A stretch of DNA of 63,126 bases, counting the filler, from Hausera hauseri (Eukaryota): the NCBI GenBank assembly GCA_046269625.1. It is 9 parts of 9 records of this genome, joined end to end, with 100 filler letters (N's around TTAATTAATTAA, not from the genome) between each part and the next. Parts side by side here need not be neighbours in the genome. Positions count along the whole stretch, not along the records: positions 12,942 to 20,118 come from JBJURY010033113.1; positions 20,219 to 24,537 come from JBJURY010637886.1; positions 24,638 to 30,379 come from JBJURY010196748.1; 6 more parts are not named here. The stretch is one strand, 5' to 3'. The notes below the pieces were generated by a model. That model did no database searches. It was not told where the DNA came from and was given only the letters and a program-made list of their open reading frames with translations. Shown piece after piece: positions 13,521 through 24,796 of the stretch (position 1 is the first letter of the stretch; every line of letters starts with the position of its first letter). The position numbers and the translations under genes were made by a program.

Positions 13521-14019
13521 GATTCATTATCTCGCATTGAGCTAGTTGGTATTAAATTTCTTACCACATCTTCAATTCGAGTGGTCGGTCTGTTTCCATC
13601 TTCGTCATCGAATATCTTGGACCAGTTTATCTCTCTAGGTACCTTGCTAGCAGCTTTTCGTATCAATCCAATGGTTCTATTAAACTCATTTTCCTTTAAA
13701 GGGTTGGTTTTGATTGCCAAGTACAATATTACTTTCCTTAATTCTTCCTTAGTATTCTCTACCATAACTTTCTCAATTAGAACTTCGTCGGATAAGTCGC
13801 TTTTATTCATTTTCAACCGAAAGGTTCTCATAATCTTCGCAGCATCATATATCGCTTTTTCTTTTTCGTCTAACATCTCGTTTCTCGGTCCTGAGTAGTT
13901 CACTATTTTGATAATGTATCTCAGCAACTCGTTTAACTCCTCGCTAAGTTGATCGCGGGCATGGATAGTTGCCTTAATTCTCGAATTAGAACTGCGCTTT
14001 GGTCAATATCATCTCTTAT

Positions 14020-14454
14020 TTTTCTTGGCCTTCCAACTGGTCGTTTCTGTTTCGGTGCCGTTGATATCATTTCACTCATCGGCACTAGATTCTTATCGTA
14101 TTGTTCCTTATCTTCTTCACTCTGCAGGTAGTCGAAGTACATGACGGGGTCTCTGACTCCCATAATGCGTCCTACGCAATGTTCATCCCGCGCTTTTCTC
14201 GTGGCCTCATCTTTTGTCTGTTCGTCGGTAATTATCGCCACTATACGGTTTGTTTCTTCTGGAATAATCCCAACATCTATTAGTAGTTCGGGGTCGTCCA
14301 GTATTCTACCTCGGAAATATAACCGATAATTTACGTCATCTTTTCCACCGTTTCGTACTATCCATTGTTTTACTGCTCTAACCGATGTCGTCGTTGTGCA
14401 TTCAATTTCTTTTTCCTCCATCCATTCCGTTGATATTTTTACATTAACCGTCGT
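14020..14454 (-). CDS. Ubiquitin-like domain followed by an AT-hook, within ORF 13933-14850
   Basis: TTVNVKIS..TTSVRAVKQWI..YRLYFRGRILDDPELLIDVGI matches the ubiquitin fold pattern; KRPVGRPRK is an AT-hook. Confidence 0.75.
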
Positions 14455-15037
14455 CTCGGGTTTAGCTTTTAAGAAATCAGCGTATTTCTTTATCAGTAGT
14501 CTGGGCACTGAGCTATAAACAGTATTTTCGCTTGATAGTTTTGTCAATGTAGGGATCAATTGTCTCAATTTGCACTCCGTCATGTTGACGTTAATCTGCT
14601 CAATTAATTCTTTCTCAGCTAGTGCAGGATCTAATATCATTTCCACGTTAAATCGTCGATCGATGGGAAGAATGTCTGTTGGTTGAAGTTGGATGGGCGT
14701 CTTCGGATTTTGGTTATATAACTCTTCTAGGTAAGCATCCCATCCTGAGTCATCTGTGACATCTGGAATTCCACAATCTAGATCTGCCATCGGCATGCTT
14801 CGTGCATTTTTACGAATTTCATTTAGTCTTGGCTGTATTTCCTTCATCAAGTTAGTTCGAAACTCTGTTCCATTTCCACACGCAATTTGTATCGTTTTTA
14901 ATGTCGGTCCTAGTTCATTTGTAGGGAATAATCATTTCCTTTCGTAATCCGTTAATTCAGTCGTCACATCCGTTAACCATCTTTGTACGAATTCTCTTTT
15001 ATTCAATAATTCCGATTGCGTGATCTTATATTTATTC

Positions 15038-17013
15038 TTATAAGTCTCCAACTCTGCCTAATTCATCTAGCTTCGTAGCTCTCTGTTTGGTACGAATTCT
15101 CCATTCTTCTATGTCTTTAACTTGTGCTGTCAATTGTCGTGTCGTATCGTCATCTATTTCTGCCATTGACGATAATAATGAAATTATTTTGTGCATTTCT
15201 TTTAGAGTTTTTGAATCTGGATCTATTTCTTCCATCAGTCTCTTTACGAATCTGGCTTCGTCTAGTGTGAGGCGATGATCTTTGGTTATTTCTATTAATT
15301 CCGCGTGACAATTCTGGTCGGTATCCGATGCCCACTCAATAGGACGATGTAGATATTTTAGTACTTCTTCTATCGCTTTACGATGCTTGGGATACATATC
15401 CAACGTCGATAGATCATCTGTGGATATTTCATCTATAGGCCTTGTTATCAATTGTCGTACACCTTCCAGGCGGACATCTTTTAGTCTCATCGATAAGGAG
15501 GAGATCTTTTCTTGTTTCGACGATAATTCCATCTCTTCGATCGTGGTATACAATTCTTCAGTAAGTTTCATTTCTTGATTGTTACTCATAATTCTTAGTC
15601 TCAATAACGCGTTAAATTCAACTCGTAATTTTGCCTCTATTTTGTAAACATTTAGGTTACGCAGTATTTCTTTTAGCTGTTGCTTTAATATGGGTTCACG
15701 TTCTGAGTATTTCCTTAGGCGATATCCCGTTACACCCATTAATCTATCTATTAAATTGATCCATTCTTTAAGTTGGTTGTCAATTATAGGCTTCGCGCAT
15801 ATCACATTATCTAGCCTTTCATAAGCGTCGTTCAATTTATCATCTGGACCTTTTATATAGTCCATTATTCCTTTTACGTAGTTAATTTCCTTCTTATATT
15901 CGTCCAGTTCTAAAATACATTTTTCCGTTATACTTTGTACTTCTTGGTTTTCCGCATACGTTATTTTAGTCTTACATCTGTAGATCTCGGAGCGCCTTTT
16001 ATCTTGCTCGGCTATGCGAATTCCTATATTCGCATATTCCTTTGGTGCGTTGAACGCGATCTTACACATCTCAATTATAAGGGGAATGTCTACAGGTTCT
16101 ATGCCTAGTATTGAAAGTTCATTTTCATCCAATTCATATATTGGTTTATTTTTAAGATGATAGATTACTGCGCTCTCTATTTCTACCATCACCTTCGCTA
16201 AATTTCGTTTTGTTAGTTTCTGGTTCGGGTGTTTCCAGCGTCTTTAGTAATGCTTGGGCGGTCGCCATTTTATTCTTAATTTCTATTTCTTGGTTATTCC
16301 ACGTCTCTATGAAATCAACTCCGCTTTTTATCCACGAATCTAGCTGTGTCTTCCATTCTTCAATTGACTTTTCCGTAATTTCGTACTTTTGCTCTGGTTC
16401 TTTCTCTTGGTTCAGGTCCTTCTCGAGGAACTGTTTAAATTCTTTGTACATTCTTTCGGCGAATTGCTGTTCATTTCCTGACACATCTACTTGAGTTTTT
16501 ATACGCCTTAATTCTTCCAGATTGTGACGTATTGTTTCCGTATCTGTTGGTGCCATTCTAATCTCTTAATTTATCAGCATTTTTCCAGTACTTTCTAATC
16601 CTCCATACCTTCCCATCTAGCTTTTTGATTTGTTCCGTGCTATCGCTTTCGCTCTCAAGTAGTGGACATATCTCGTTTATCTCACTGTTCGCGTCTCCTG
16701 CTGTTACGCTAGTGCTTGGAATTTCAGTAAGCTCCACACCTGGAGTGTTTAGGCTCGGAATGTCCTCTATGTCCACATCTCGGACTTGAATTATTTCTGC
16801 ATTATCTCTTTTTATTGGCGATCTTGATCGACCCTTCGACTTCCTTTTTAGTGATGGACTACGACCTCTATTTTTCGTTATCTTAAGGACTAATGGGGCT
16901 ATATATTCGCTTTCGATTTCGTCAGCCACATTTTGACGTCCTTCTGTCAGGTTTTCGGATCCTGCGTCCAACTCTACGTTGGACGATGTCGTCGTTACCC
17001 CGACTTCGGTCAC
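15038..17013 (-). pseudogene. Long acidic/helical region of unknown function following gag
   Basis: ORFs 16558-17013, 16152-16556 and 15038-16192. The first is in frame with gag across a single TGA. E/K/I/L-rich, with an RS/SP basic patch (RGRSPSLKRKSKGRSRSP). Confidence 0.6.
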
Positions 17014-17022
17014 TTCTTTTAT

Positions 17023-18372
17023 TCATATAGGCTTTTCAGGCACACTCTTTTTACGAATCATATTACTATTGTCTGGCGCTATCAAATATTCATATTTCGT
17101 TCGAGGTTCAACTAGTCCGTGGTATACTTCTAATATTCGTAAGTTATCTTTATATTCTTTTCGAGCCTTTAGGATTTGCGGATTATTTGTTTCATGTTGA
17201 CTTTTCAAATATCGACGGGAATCTTGAATGTCTAAGATTGCGTCTATGTCACCTCTGGGACCGTATTTCGCCTCTAAATCTTCTTGCGTCTTAATCATAC
17301 TTGCTTTAGTCGGTTCAGTAAATGAAACACTTCGCGGATTTGGACATGATCTAGCTATGTGACCTTCCTTGCCACATGTATAACATATTAAATTTCCATT
17401 CCTACCAACCCGCTGTCGACCGTCCTCGTTTACGGGCGATTTTGTACGACTGTCGTTTTTTGAGGATTCCATCCTACTACTTCCGTCGTATCTGTTTTCA
17501 TTGTTTCTGAAATCGTTGTATCTGTTTCCGTCCTTATATTTAAAACCTTTGCTAGTACTCTTATAACCATCTTGGTTGCTGTTCGGCTTTAAATTCCGAT
17601 TATTATCATCAAAGCTTTTGTTTCCATAACGTGGATTCCTATCCATCCTATTATCAAAATTTCTGTTTCGGTTAGGTTCATGGAATCGTCCACTATTTCT
17701 GTTTCTATCGCTGCGCTCATTGCGTTCATTTCGCTCAACGTTCCTATCGTGTCTTTCATTTTGCCTAGCATATCTGTCTAACGCCATCTCCAGGTCCTGT
17801 GCCAATTGTAATGTTCTCTCAAAATTCTCTGGTCTTGCTAAAATCAATTGTTTCACTAGGTCTCTTGACCAAATGCCGTTGATTAATTGTGTTGTCATCA
17901 TTACATCCAAATCTGACGGAACTGCCTTTTCTGCGGCTTTACGTTCGGCGTCATCTTTTGCCTTAGCCATATTTGAGATTCTTAAAGTACTGATATAACT
18001 ATTTGCTAACTTCTTTAAGGCAAACGCAAACTGGGTGACCGATTCGCCCTTCTGTTGCGTCCTATTTTGAAATGCCATCAACTTTTGTTGTGGAGTTACC
18101 GTCGGTAGTAATTTTCTATTTAATGCGCCTACTAATGACGACCAATCCTTCTTTTCTTCGTCCGTTAACTCGGCGTAGGCATCTGCGGCCAAATTCTTCA
18201 AATAAAGCGACAACCGTTTAATCATCTGCTGAGGTTCTAACCCTATGCCTTCAGCGTGAAGTTTATAAGTCCTTAAAAATTCGTTCAGACCTTCGGGATC
18301 GCCGTCATATGCCGGTAAATTTAACGATTCATACGTAAAAATGTCTAACTTCCGTCAAGCCGTATCTGTCAT
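17023..18372 (-). CDS. gag: Gag (capsid plus CCHC nucleocapsid) of the family B element
   Basis: LPAYDGDPEGLNEFL..; RTQQKGESVTQFAFALKKLA major-homology-like motif; CYTCGKEGHIARSC knuckle. In-frame ATG at 18372 with one early stop. Confidence 0.9.
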
Positions 18373-18744
18373 TTTATTCGTATTTGCGTTTGTTTCTTTT
18401 TCTACCTTACGTCGATCGATTACTTCAGCCGGAACTTTAAAATTTGTTTCTAATAACTCTGTTAGATTTTCTCTGGACTTGGACAATGTACGCTTTTCGA
18501 CTGGACTCGTTCGTACTCTACTACGGGTTCGTCTAATGTTTAAATTTTCCTTACCGTTTAGGTTTAAATAGTCTGTTCTATTATGTCTGTCAATATTTGC
18601 GTTTTAGATTCCCTTTATTTAATACCGGACCTTATATCCCAATTTTATATAACCTATTCGTTACAATTAATTGGTGTGATGCGCTAATCGCTGGGTATGT
18701 CGTTTTAATTAACTCTGAAGTAACAGTCTAGCGAGGCATAAACT

Positions 18745-18762
18745 GTCTTGCTAGGGTCGCCA
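18745..18762 (-). promoter_or_regulatory. Primer binding site (possibly tRNA-Arg type)
   Basis: TGGCGACCCTAGCAAGAC starts 2 nt after the LTR end ..TCTAACA on the minus strand. Confidence 0.75.
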
Positions 18763-18764
18763 AA

Positions 18765-19575
18765 TGTTAGATTTTGGGTTGAGCCCTAACTTCTCCCACT
18801 ATCTAACAATAGTTTTTAATATTTTTGTAGTGCAGGTTAGGTTTACCGTTATCGGTAAATCAGGATGTGCCTTACTAATTAATATACTGTGCCGGTACTG
18901 CGTGTGAAATCCTGTGCGGAATTTTTAAGAATTCTCTCCTAACTATATAAGTTACACTGAATTTTATAACATTAAGGTAGTCCAATCACCCTTAAGGGGC
19001 AAAGAAAAACTATAAGAGAATTTTAGAAAAGAAAATATATTTTACCAAATAACAATTACGTTCTAACGTTCAGTATCGAATACAACTTTCAAAACTGTCT
19101 GCAATATCTGCGATAACGATGCTACAATAACTCGTCAAATTATTCGGATTCAGGACACTTCTCCTTCAAATATCGAATATCGTTAAGGATCTAATTCCGA
19201 AATCTTCTAGAATACTGTATTCGTAACAACAACAATTCTTCGGAAATTCTCTCTGGAATCGGAATCACTTGTTTTGTCAACAACTCGCAAGTCAACAACG
19301 ACTGACTGACTGTAAAATCCATCGGCTTATATACTAACTAATTTGCCGATTACATAATTTCCGTTTGATTTAATATCGATTAAATTCCATTTTCTTCGAT
19401 TTCAGATGATTATTTTGATTGCTAAGTGGTGTTGCACATTTTTTGCATTTCGTAATTCATTTAAAATTCCGATAACCATTAAGTATTTCACATAAATTGA
19501 TTTACATGTACTAATTACATAATAATTCGATCTCATGCTACTACTGGCTATCAATAATATGTACATACTATAACA
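18765..19575 (-). repeat. 5' LTR (~811 bp) of the family B element
   Basis: Begins TGTTA, ends TAACA. TATATAAG at ~19330 with TCAGT initiator-like repeats ~25 nt downstream. Abuts the PBS on one side and unrelated capsid sequence on the other. Confidence 0.8.
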
Positions 19576-20118
19576 CAATGTATTGGATGGGGAAAGAAAG
19601 CAGATCCCAAGAAATGGACTGAGAAATTCAGTATTATTTCTCTATGTGGTCCATTAAATTTTGATTTCTTCAATCAACCGAAGTATTTGATTCCAGGTGT
19701 TAATGTCGATATAAAATTAACAAGAAATCCATGTGATGTAATTTTAAAATGTGTTGCACCAACTGGTACTGATGCTGCTTCGAAGACGATAAAACCGGAA
19801 ATATATTTTCAAGAAATCAAATTATTAGTTTGACGTGTAAAGGTGGAACAGTCAGTTTTAGTTGGACATCTATTGGAACTTGAAAAGCAGAATTCAATTT
19901 ATCCAATTATGAAATCGAAAATTTGTCACATATTCAATAGGAAAGGGTTCAGTGTATGAATATAAGGACAATTTATTTTCTGATGAAAGACTTCCAAAAT
20001 TTGTCTTAATAACATTTATGGAAACATCACAAATCAATGGTGATTACTCAAAATATTGTTCGGCTTTTGTTCACAAAAATGTAAAGTCTATAACATTAAG
20101 TCGACAAATGGACTATCG
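19576..20118 (+). pseudogene. Polinton/Maverick major capsid protein fragment
   Basis: LCGPLNFDFFNQPKYLIPGVNVDIKLTRN..IKLLV*RVKV..IYPI..DNLFSDERLPKFVLITF..GDY..F.HKNVKSITL, the typical Polinton double-jelly-roll capsid motifs. One stop and one frameshift. Confidence 0.85.
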
Positions 20119-20578
20119 NNNNNNNNNNNNNNNNNNNNNNNNNNNNNNNNNNNNNNNNNNNNTTAATTAATTAANNNNNNNNNNNNNNNNNNNNNNNNNN
20201 NNNNNNNNNNNNNNNNNNCGAAAGAAGAGTAAACTCAGTACACCCAAGAGTGGCCCCAGAACACCTGCAACAGAACCAGAGGAAAACCAACCTGTGAAAG
20301 TTTTTGACGAAACCATATTAGAACAAGTGATGCGAGACACGGGTGTAGATCTGGACGAGGAAGATGACATTGTTCAATCAGTAATGACAATCGATCCTAA
20401 AAACTTAGTTGACGACGACAGAACAACTACTACGATATTTAAGTTAATCGATAACAAAATATCGACACAGAAACTGGATGAGATTTTGTTTCAACTATTA
20501 CTACTTGCCCATGATACGAGTCCAGTGAGAGAAATAACACGCACAGTGCTAGCTAAAGTCACCGAAGATGAAAAATGA

Positions 20579-20953
20579 ATAAATATAACGGTAAGGATAA
20601 CCTTGAGATAAGGAAATCAAGAGATGAGAGTCATCAGGATGAATAAAACAGATGATATACTAACATTACGGGAAAAGATCGGAGAACTAGAGCCCTCCTA
20701 TAAAGAGAAGACATATAGGCTGAGTTTCTATGGCAGAACATTATATAGTTACGATAATCCATTAAGAGTGGGATGTAGAAGTGAGAAATATAACCCAATT
20801 AGGATAACAGAAATACATGCGGATACAAGAGCTGAAGAAACAATAGGAAATATAATAAGGGAAATTCAACCCCAAGACATAGAAGAGCACACTATAGGTG
20901 ATATACAGAATGTCACAGTACAGATGGAGGTTAGAAGAAAGGGAAGACCCAAA
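20579..20953 (+). pseudogene. Ubiquitin-like domain plus AT-hook-like motif
   Basis: INITVRIT..DDILTLREKI..YRLSFYGRTL..LRVG..NPIRIT; RRKGRPK. Confidence 0.65.
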
Positions 20954-21130
20954 GAAACGAAGATAAGTGACATCCGGAATAAACGGGATAGAAATAAAGA
21001 AATAGTACGGCGATTGCCATTGGCAGGAACTGACTCATTACCGGAATCCACAGATATAGATCCATTGTTATGAACGTTGTTAGAAAAATTACACATATCA
21101 TTTGCATCCTTCGATATGCAAGTTATGATC

Positions 21131-21440
21131 CCTAAGGAACTGTTTCAAACATTACGAAACAACATGTTAAGAATTAGTAGGCAATTTTACGAAAATATTG
21201 ACGAAGAACAAATCAACGAATTACATGAGCAAGACATATTAGAAAAGATGTTCGCGGCAGGAATTACGCGAGAAAAAGTACAAACAGCTGTAGCCTACTT
21301 ATTATATAAAGTGATTGCTATCAATCACCAGACCCAAAACTTAGAAGAAATTGAGCGAAATATTAAAGCAGCGGTTAAGGTTCTAAAAGACACATTAGAA
21401 AATTGGGTCCAATGTAGAGGTGGATGGGTGACAAGTCTAA
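21131..21440 (+). CDS. Bcl-2-like domain
   Basis: BH1-like EKMFAAGITREKVQTAVAY and BH2-like LENWVQCRGGW at Bcl-2-like spacing, preceded by a BH3-position helix LRNNMLRISRQFY. Confidence 0.65.
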
Positions 21441-21547
21441 TGAGTAACGTAAGAAGACCAGAAGGATATGGAGGACTAGCAGAAACGCCAACCGCCGCAC
21501 AGTCAAACCTACACACGCCAAGACAAGGCGTAATGGGAATGACAATC

Positions 21548-23549
21548 ATGGAGATTTTTCTGTTAATTTTAATAACGTCGTTGTTGATGCCAAAGGCCAT
21601 GGGAATTGTAGCATACAATTGTTCAAAACCTAAAGAAGGTCGGAAGTACTCCTTAGTTGATCTAGAAAAATGCCCTAAAGCTGATCCAGAACAATTGACG
21701 ACGACCAGAGGCCATAGATATTGGATTTACCAGGAGTCTGAATTTGTAAAAGTCAAGATTAGGGAATGTTGTGTAAATAAATCTTTCTTCCTGTTTAATT
21801 GCGCATACTATTCTGGAAATTCTGCAATAATTGAACCAACAACACAGTTCGAACCAATAATAATATCGCGTGCCGAATGCCAAGATGCTTTTAAAGTCGG
21901 AGTAATAACGATACAGAATGCACAGATACCAGCAGTACGAAATAAGACAAAATACACTCGAATCTTTAGAGCTGGAAAAATAGATAAAACGAGGGAAGGC
22001 ACGTGTAAAGAAGTAGATTACGATGTTGGAGGAACGATAGCACCAAGATCAGTTGCAATAGAAGATTACCAAGTTCAATTAAAGGAATACGAAGGATTAT
22101 TCGACTCCCAGACTAAACTCATGACGACAATGTGCGAGTGCGAATACGAAAGCGGCGAATGTGATACCGGCGAATCTAAAATGACTTGGGAAGTAACTTC
22201 AAATAGATGTCATTTAACCCTGCTGAAAGAAGAAAAATTTAATAAAACAGTCGAAAAAATAACCGAAAAGGAAACAACAACATATAAGGAAGGGATCAAA
22301 AAAGTAAAAATGACGGAAGTCGCAACGATAGTATACTCAGAAAATCCTGAAGAGATGATGCGATTTAAAATTATAGGAACAATAAATAAATGCGATGAAG
22401 AAATATCCAAAACTAACTATAAAGGCATTTATCTTTCACTTAAGGAAATAGCCCAAGCAAAGACTAAGATAAACAAAAGGGTTATAAAGTAAACGCAGTA
22501 TTTTGATAATAAGATTGAATTTTTAATCAACTATGTTAGAAAAGAGATTAGAAGTCTATATATAGAAATAATAATGAACGAATGCAAGCTAAACTATGAA
22601 ATCGTACGGAATAAAATAGCTTTAGTAATAAAAAAAACCCCGATATGGTAGCACCAGTAAGGCCATTCGGTGATGGAGTTATTGAAAGAGTAATGGTATG
22701 AAGTACTAATAATTATTGAATGTAAAAAGGTGGAAGTTATGATAAGACCAACGGACGAATGTACGTCGGAGTTACCCGTGATTTACCACAGAGCCTAGAT
22801 ACGTTATGCCCGTAACTAGGATATTGCTAGACGTTAATGTAAAACCCATTCGGCTGGATAACTGTACCTTTAACATGGCACCTATGTTTAAACTAGATAA
22901 GAAGACATGGATCAGGATGCCTAAAAGAGAAACAGTACCGAAACCAGAAATGTTAAGTTTGATAAATTTACAAAGGAATCAGAAATTTGAACCACTTACG
23001 GGAATATCTCAAGGAGAAATTTATACACAACAAAATTTGGAAGATTACCGACGGATTCTGTTATTTCCTCAACAGAGACAAAGAGTAATAACGGAATTAA
23101 CAAGAAGGGTGATGTGGGACGGTGAAGGCTCACCACAATAGAAAAACCTGATGGGAAAAGATTATTTAAAGAAAGTTACACGGAATATCATGGAAAAGAT
23201 GTGGGGAAAGTTCTTGTATTTTGGCCAAGCAGCCTCAGGATTTCTTGCTATATCTTTTATCATTATAGCACTAAGAACGATATTCACCACCCTCAGTAAG
23301 GCTTATGGCATACATGCAGCAGTAGGCTGTTCTTGTAAGATTTTAATAGCAGTAATACAGGCCGTAGCTAGTTGTTTTCTAGCGAAACATGATGCTCAAT
23401 GGAAAAAGAAAATGTTTAAAGAAAGAAATGAAAGGAATTCCTTATATAGTAATATAAATGACAAAAACGATGATGATGATGACCCTGAGGTTAAGCCAAA
23501 AAGCGATAAATATATAAAGAGATGGAGACGTCTTTCATTAAAATCATGA
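21548..23549 (+). pseudogene. env: Essentially full-length chuvirus-like envelope glycoprotein
   Basis: Signal MEIFLLILITSLLMPKAMG; AYNC..YSLVDLEKC; CEYESGEC..W; TNYKGIY; YFDNKIEF..LY..NECKLN; EVLIIIECKKVEV..CTSELPV; GEIYT..LEDYRRILLFP; hydrophobic WGKFLYFGQAASGFLAISFIIIAL and second hydrophobic segment. Confidence 0.88.
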
Positions 23550-23675
23550 AAACAGAAATACAAACAGAGATTGGTAACAGATTTATCGCAACTAGACTTA
23601 GCAGAGGACGGACGAGTCTATAACGAGCAAGTGATGGCGAATCCATGAGCTCCTCAGTATTAGATACACGGAGGA

Positions 23676-24523
23676 ATGTATCCCATGTATCAGATACTAC
23701 AAATAAAAAAGGGTTATGACGATAACATTAGACCATATAACCATGAACCGACCTGCAAAACAACGAACAAAAACGAACCACAATCACCTCTAAGGCCAGA
23801 GATAAATATAGAAGTAAACGGATATTCACTAACGGCCTTGATGGATACAGGATACACAACCACAATCATGGAAGAAGATCAGCTACCTAAAGAATTAAGA
23901 AGAAAGCTAAGAAAACCGAACACAACACTAATTAATGTGGGAGCATTTGGTACAGAAGAAGAAATAAGGATGGTCCTAGATGCGGAAATAAAAATTTGCA
24001 ATCAAATAATAAGTCTCACTATCAGAGTGGCTAAGAATTTGACCAGCGATATAATAATCGGATGCGACATATTAAACCACTTAGGGAATGCCTATATCGA
24101 CTTAAAGACGGGTCAATTAAAAACCTTTAACAAGGATCAACATGAAGGATCAGCTTCATTAATACAGGATGTCGTAATCCCCCACGTTCCGAAATAATAG
24201 TGCCTGGTTGAATAGAAAGTAAACTACTTGCCACGTACATACACTTCGAACCATTCTCACGAACCATGGAGAATTACGATATCATCATCGCTCCACACGT
24301 AGACAAAGTGAGAAATGGAAAGATTCACCTACAAATTTGCAACACTGGAAACAAGGAAAAACGATTAAAAAGAAATACAAGTTTGGGACAAGTAACGGAG
24401 ATCGAAGAAACACTAAGAGAAGAAACTAATTCAGTCATATCAGATGTAGATAAGATAGAAGTAGGAGGAAAGGAGGAGTTGGCCCCAAACCCCCCCCCCC
24501 CCTCAGGGAAGGAAGGAAGCTAA
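23676..24523 (+). pseudogene. Retroviral-type aspartic protease and the following beta-rich region (start of pol)
   Basis: IEVNG..ALMDTGYTTT..IIIGCDIL; followed by VVIP..LQICNTG..L.RNTSLGQV, a segment common after Gypsy proteases. Confidence 0.88.
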
Positions 24524-24796
24524 TGGGAGGAGAACACNNNNNNNNNNNNNNNNNNNNNNNNNNNNNNNNNNNNNNNNNNNNTTAATTAATTAANNNNNNN
24601 NNNNNNNNNNNNNNNNNNNNNNNNNNNNNNNNNNNNNCATTTAACAGCAAACTGATTTCAATACAATTTTGATATTTCATCTCATTTCCATCTGACAACG
24701 CTACACTTGATATTCTGAGATTACACTTGATATTTACATGGTGAGCAAAATCCTCCAACCGATACGCTAAGCCCTCCAGCGTGACCACACCTTAAG

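Larger units (their letters stand above)
12942..19575 (-). mobile_element. LTR retroelement (family B, copy 1): LTR-PBS-gag-helical region-Ubl-AT-hook-helical domain-chuvirus-like glycoprotein; truncated by contig end
   Basis: LTR with TGTTA..TAACA ends, PBS, gag with CCHC, then ~4 kb of near-continuous minus-strand coding sequence ending in a Cys-patterned glycoprotein. No protease or RT between gag and the glycoprotein. Confidence 0.88.
20219..24537 (+). mobile_element. Family B copy 2, internal segment: Ubl-AT-hook-Bcl-2-like-glycoprotein-protease
   Basis: ORFs 20294, 20624 and 21077 share one frame separated by stops. ORFs 22806, 23151 and 23676 share one frame. Same domain order as copy 1. 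Confidence 0.88.

Noticed and set aside
13228-18571. Numerous plus-strand ORFs over the family B element
   Set aside because: Ser/Ile/Phe-rich antisense shadows of the A-rich minus-strand polyprotein
20294-23675. In-frame stops as evidence of a variant genetic code
   Set aside because: All three stop types occur together with frameshifts, which fits neutral decay
24140-24400. dUTPase after the protease
   Set aside because: Beta-rich segment lacks recognisable dUTPase catalytic motifs and is common at this position in Gypsy elements
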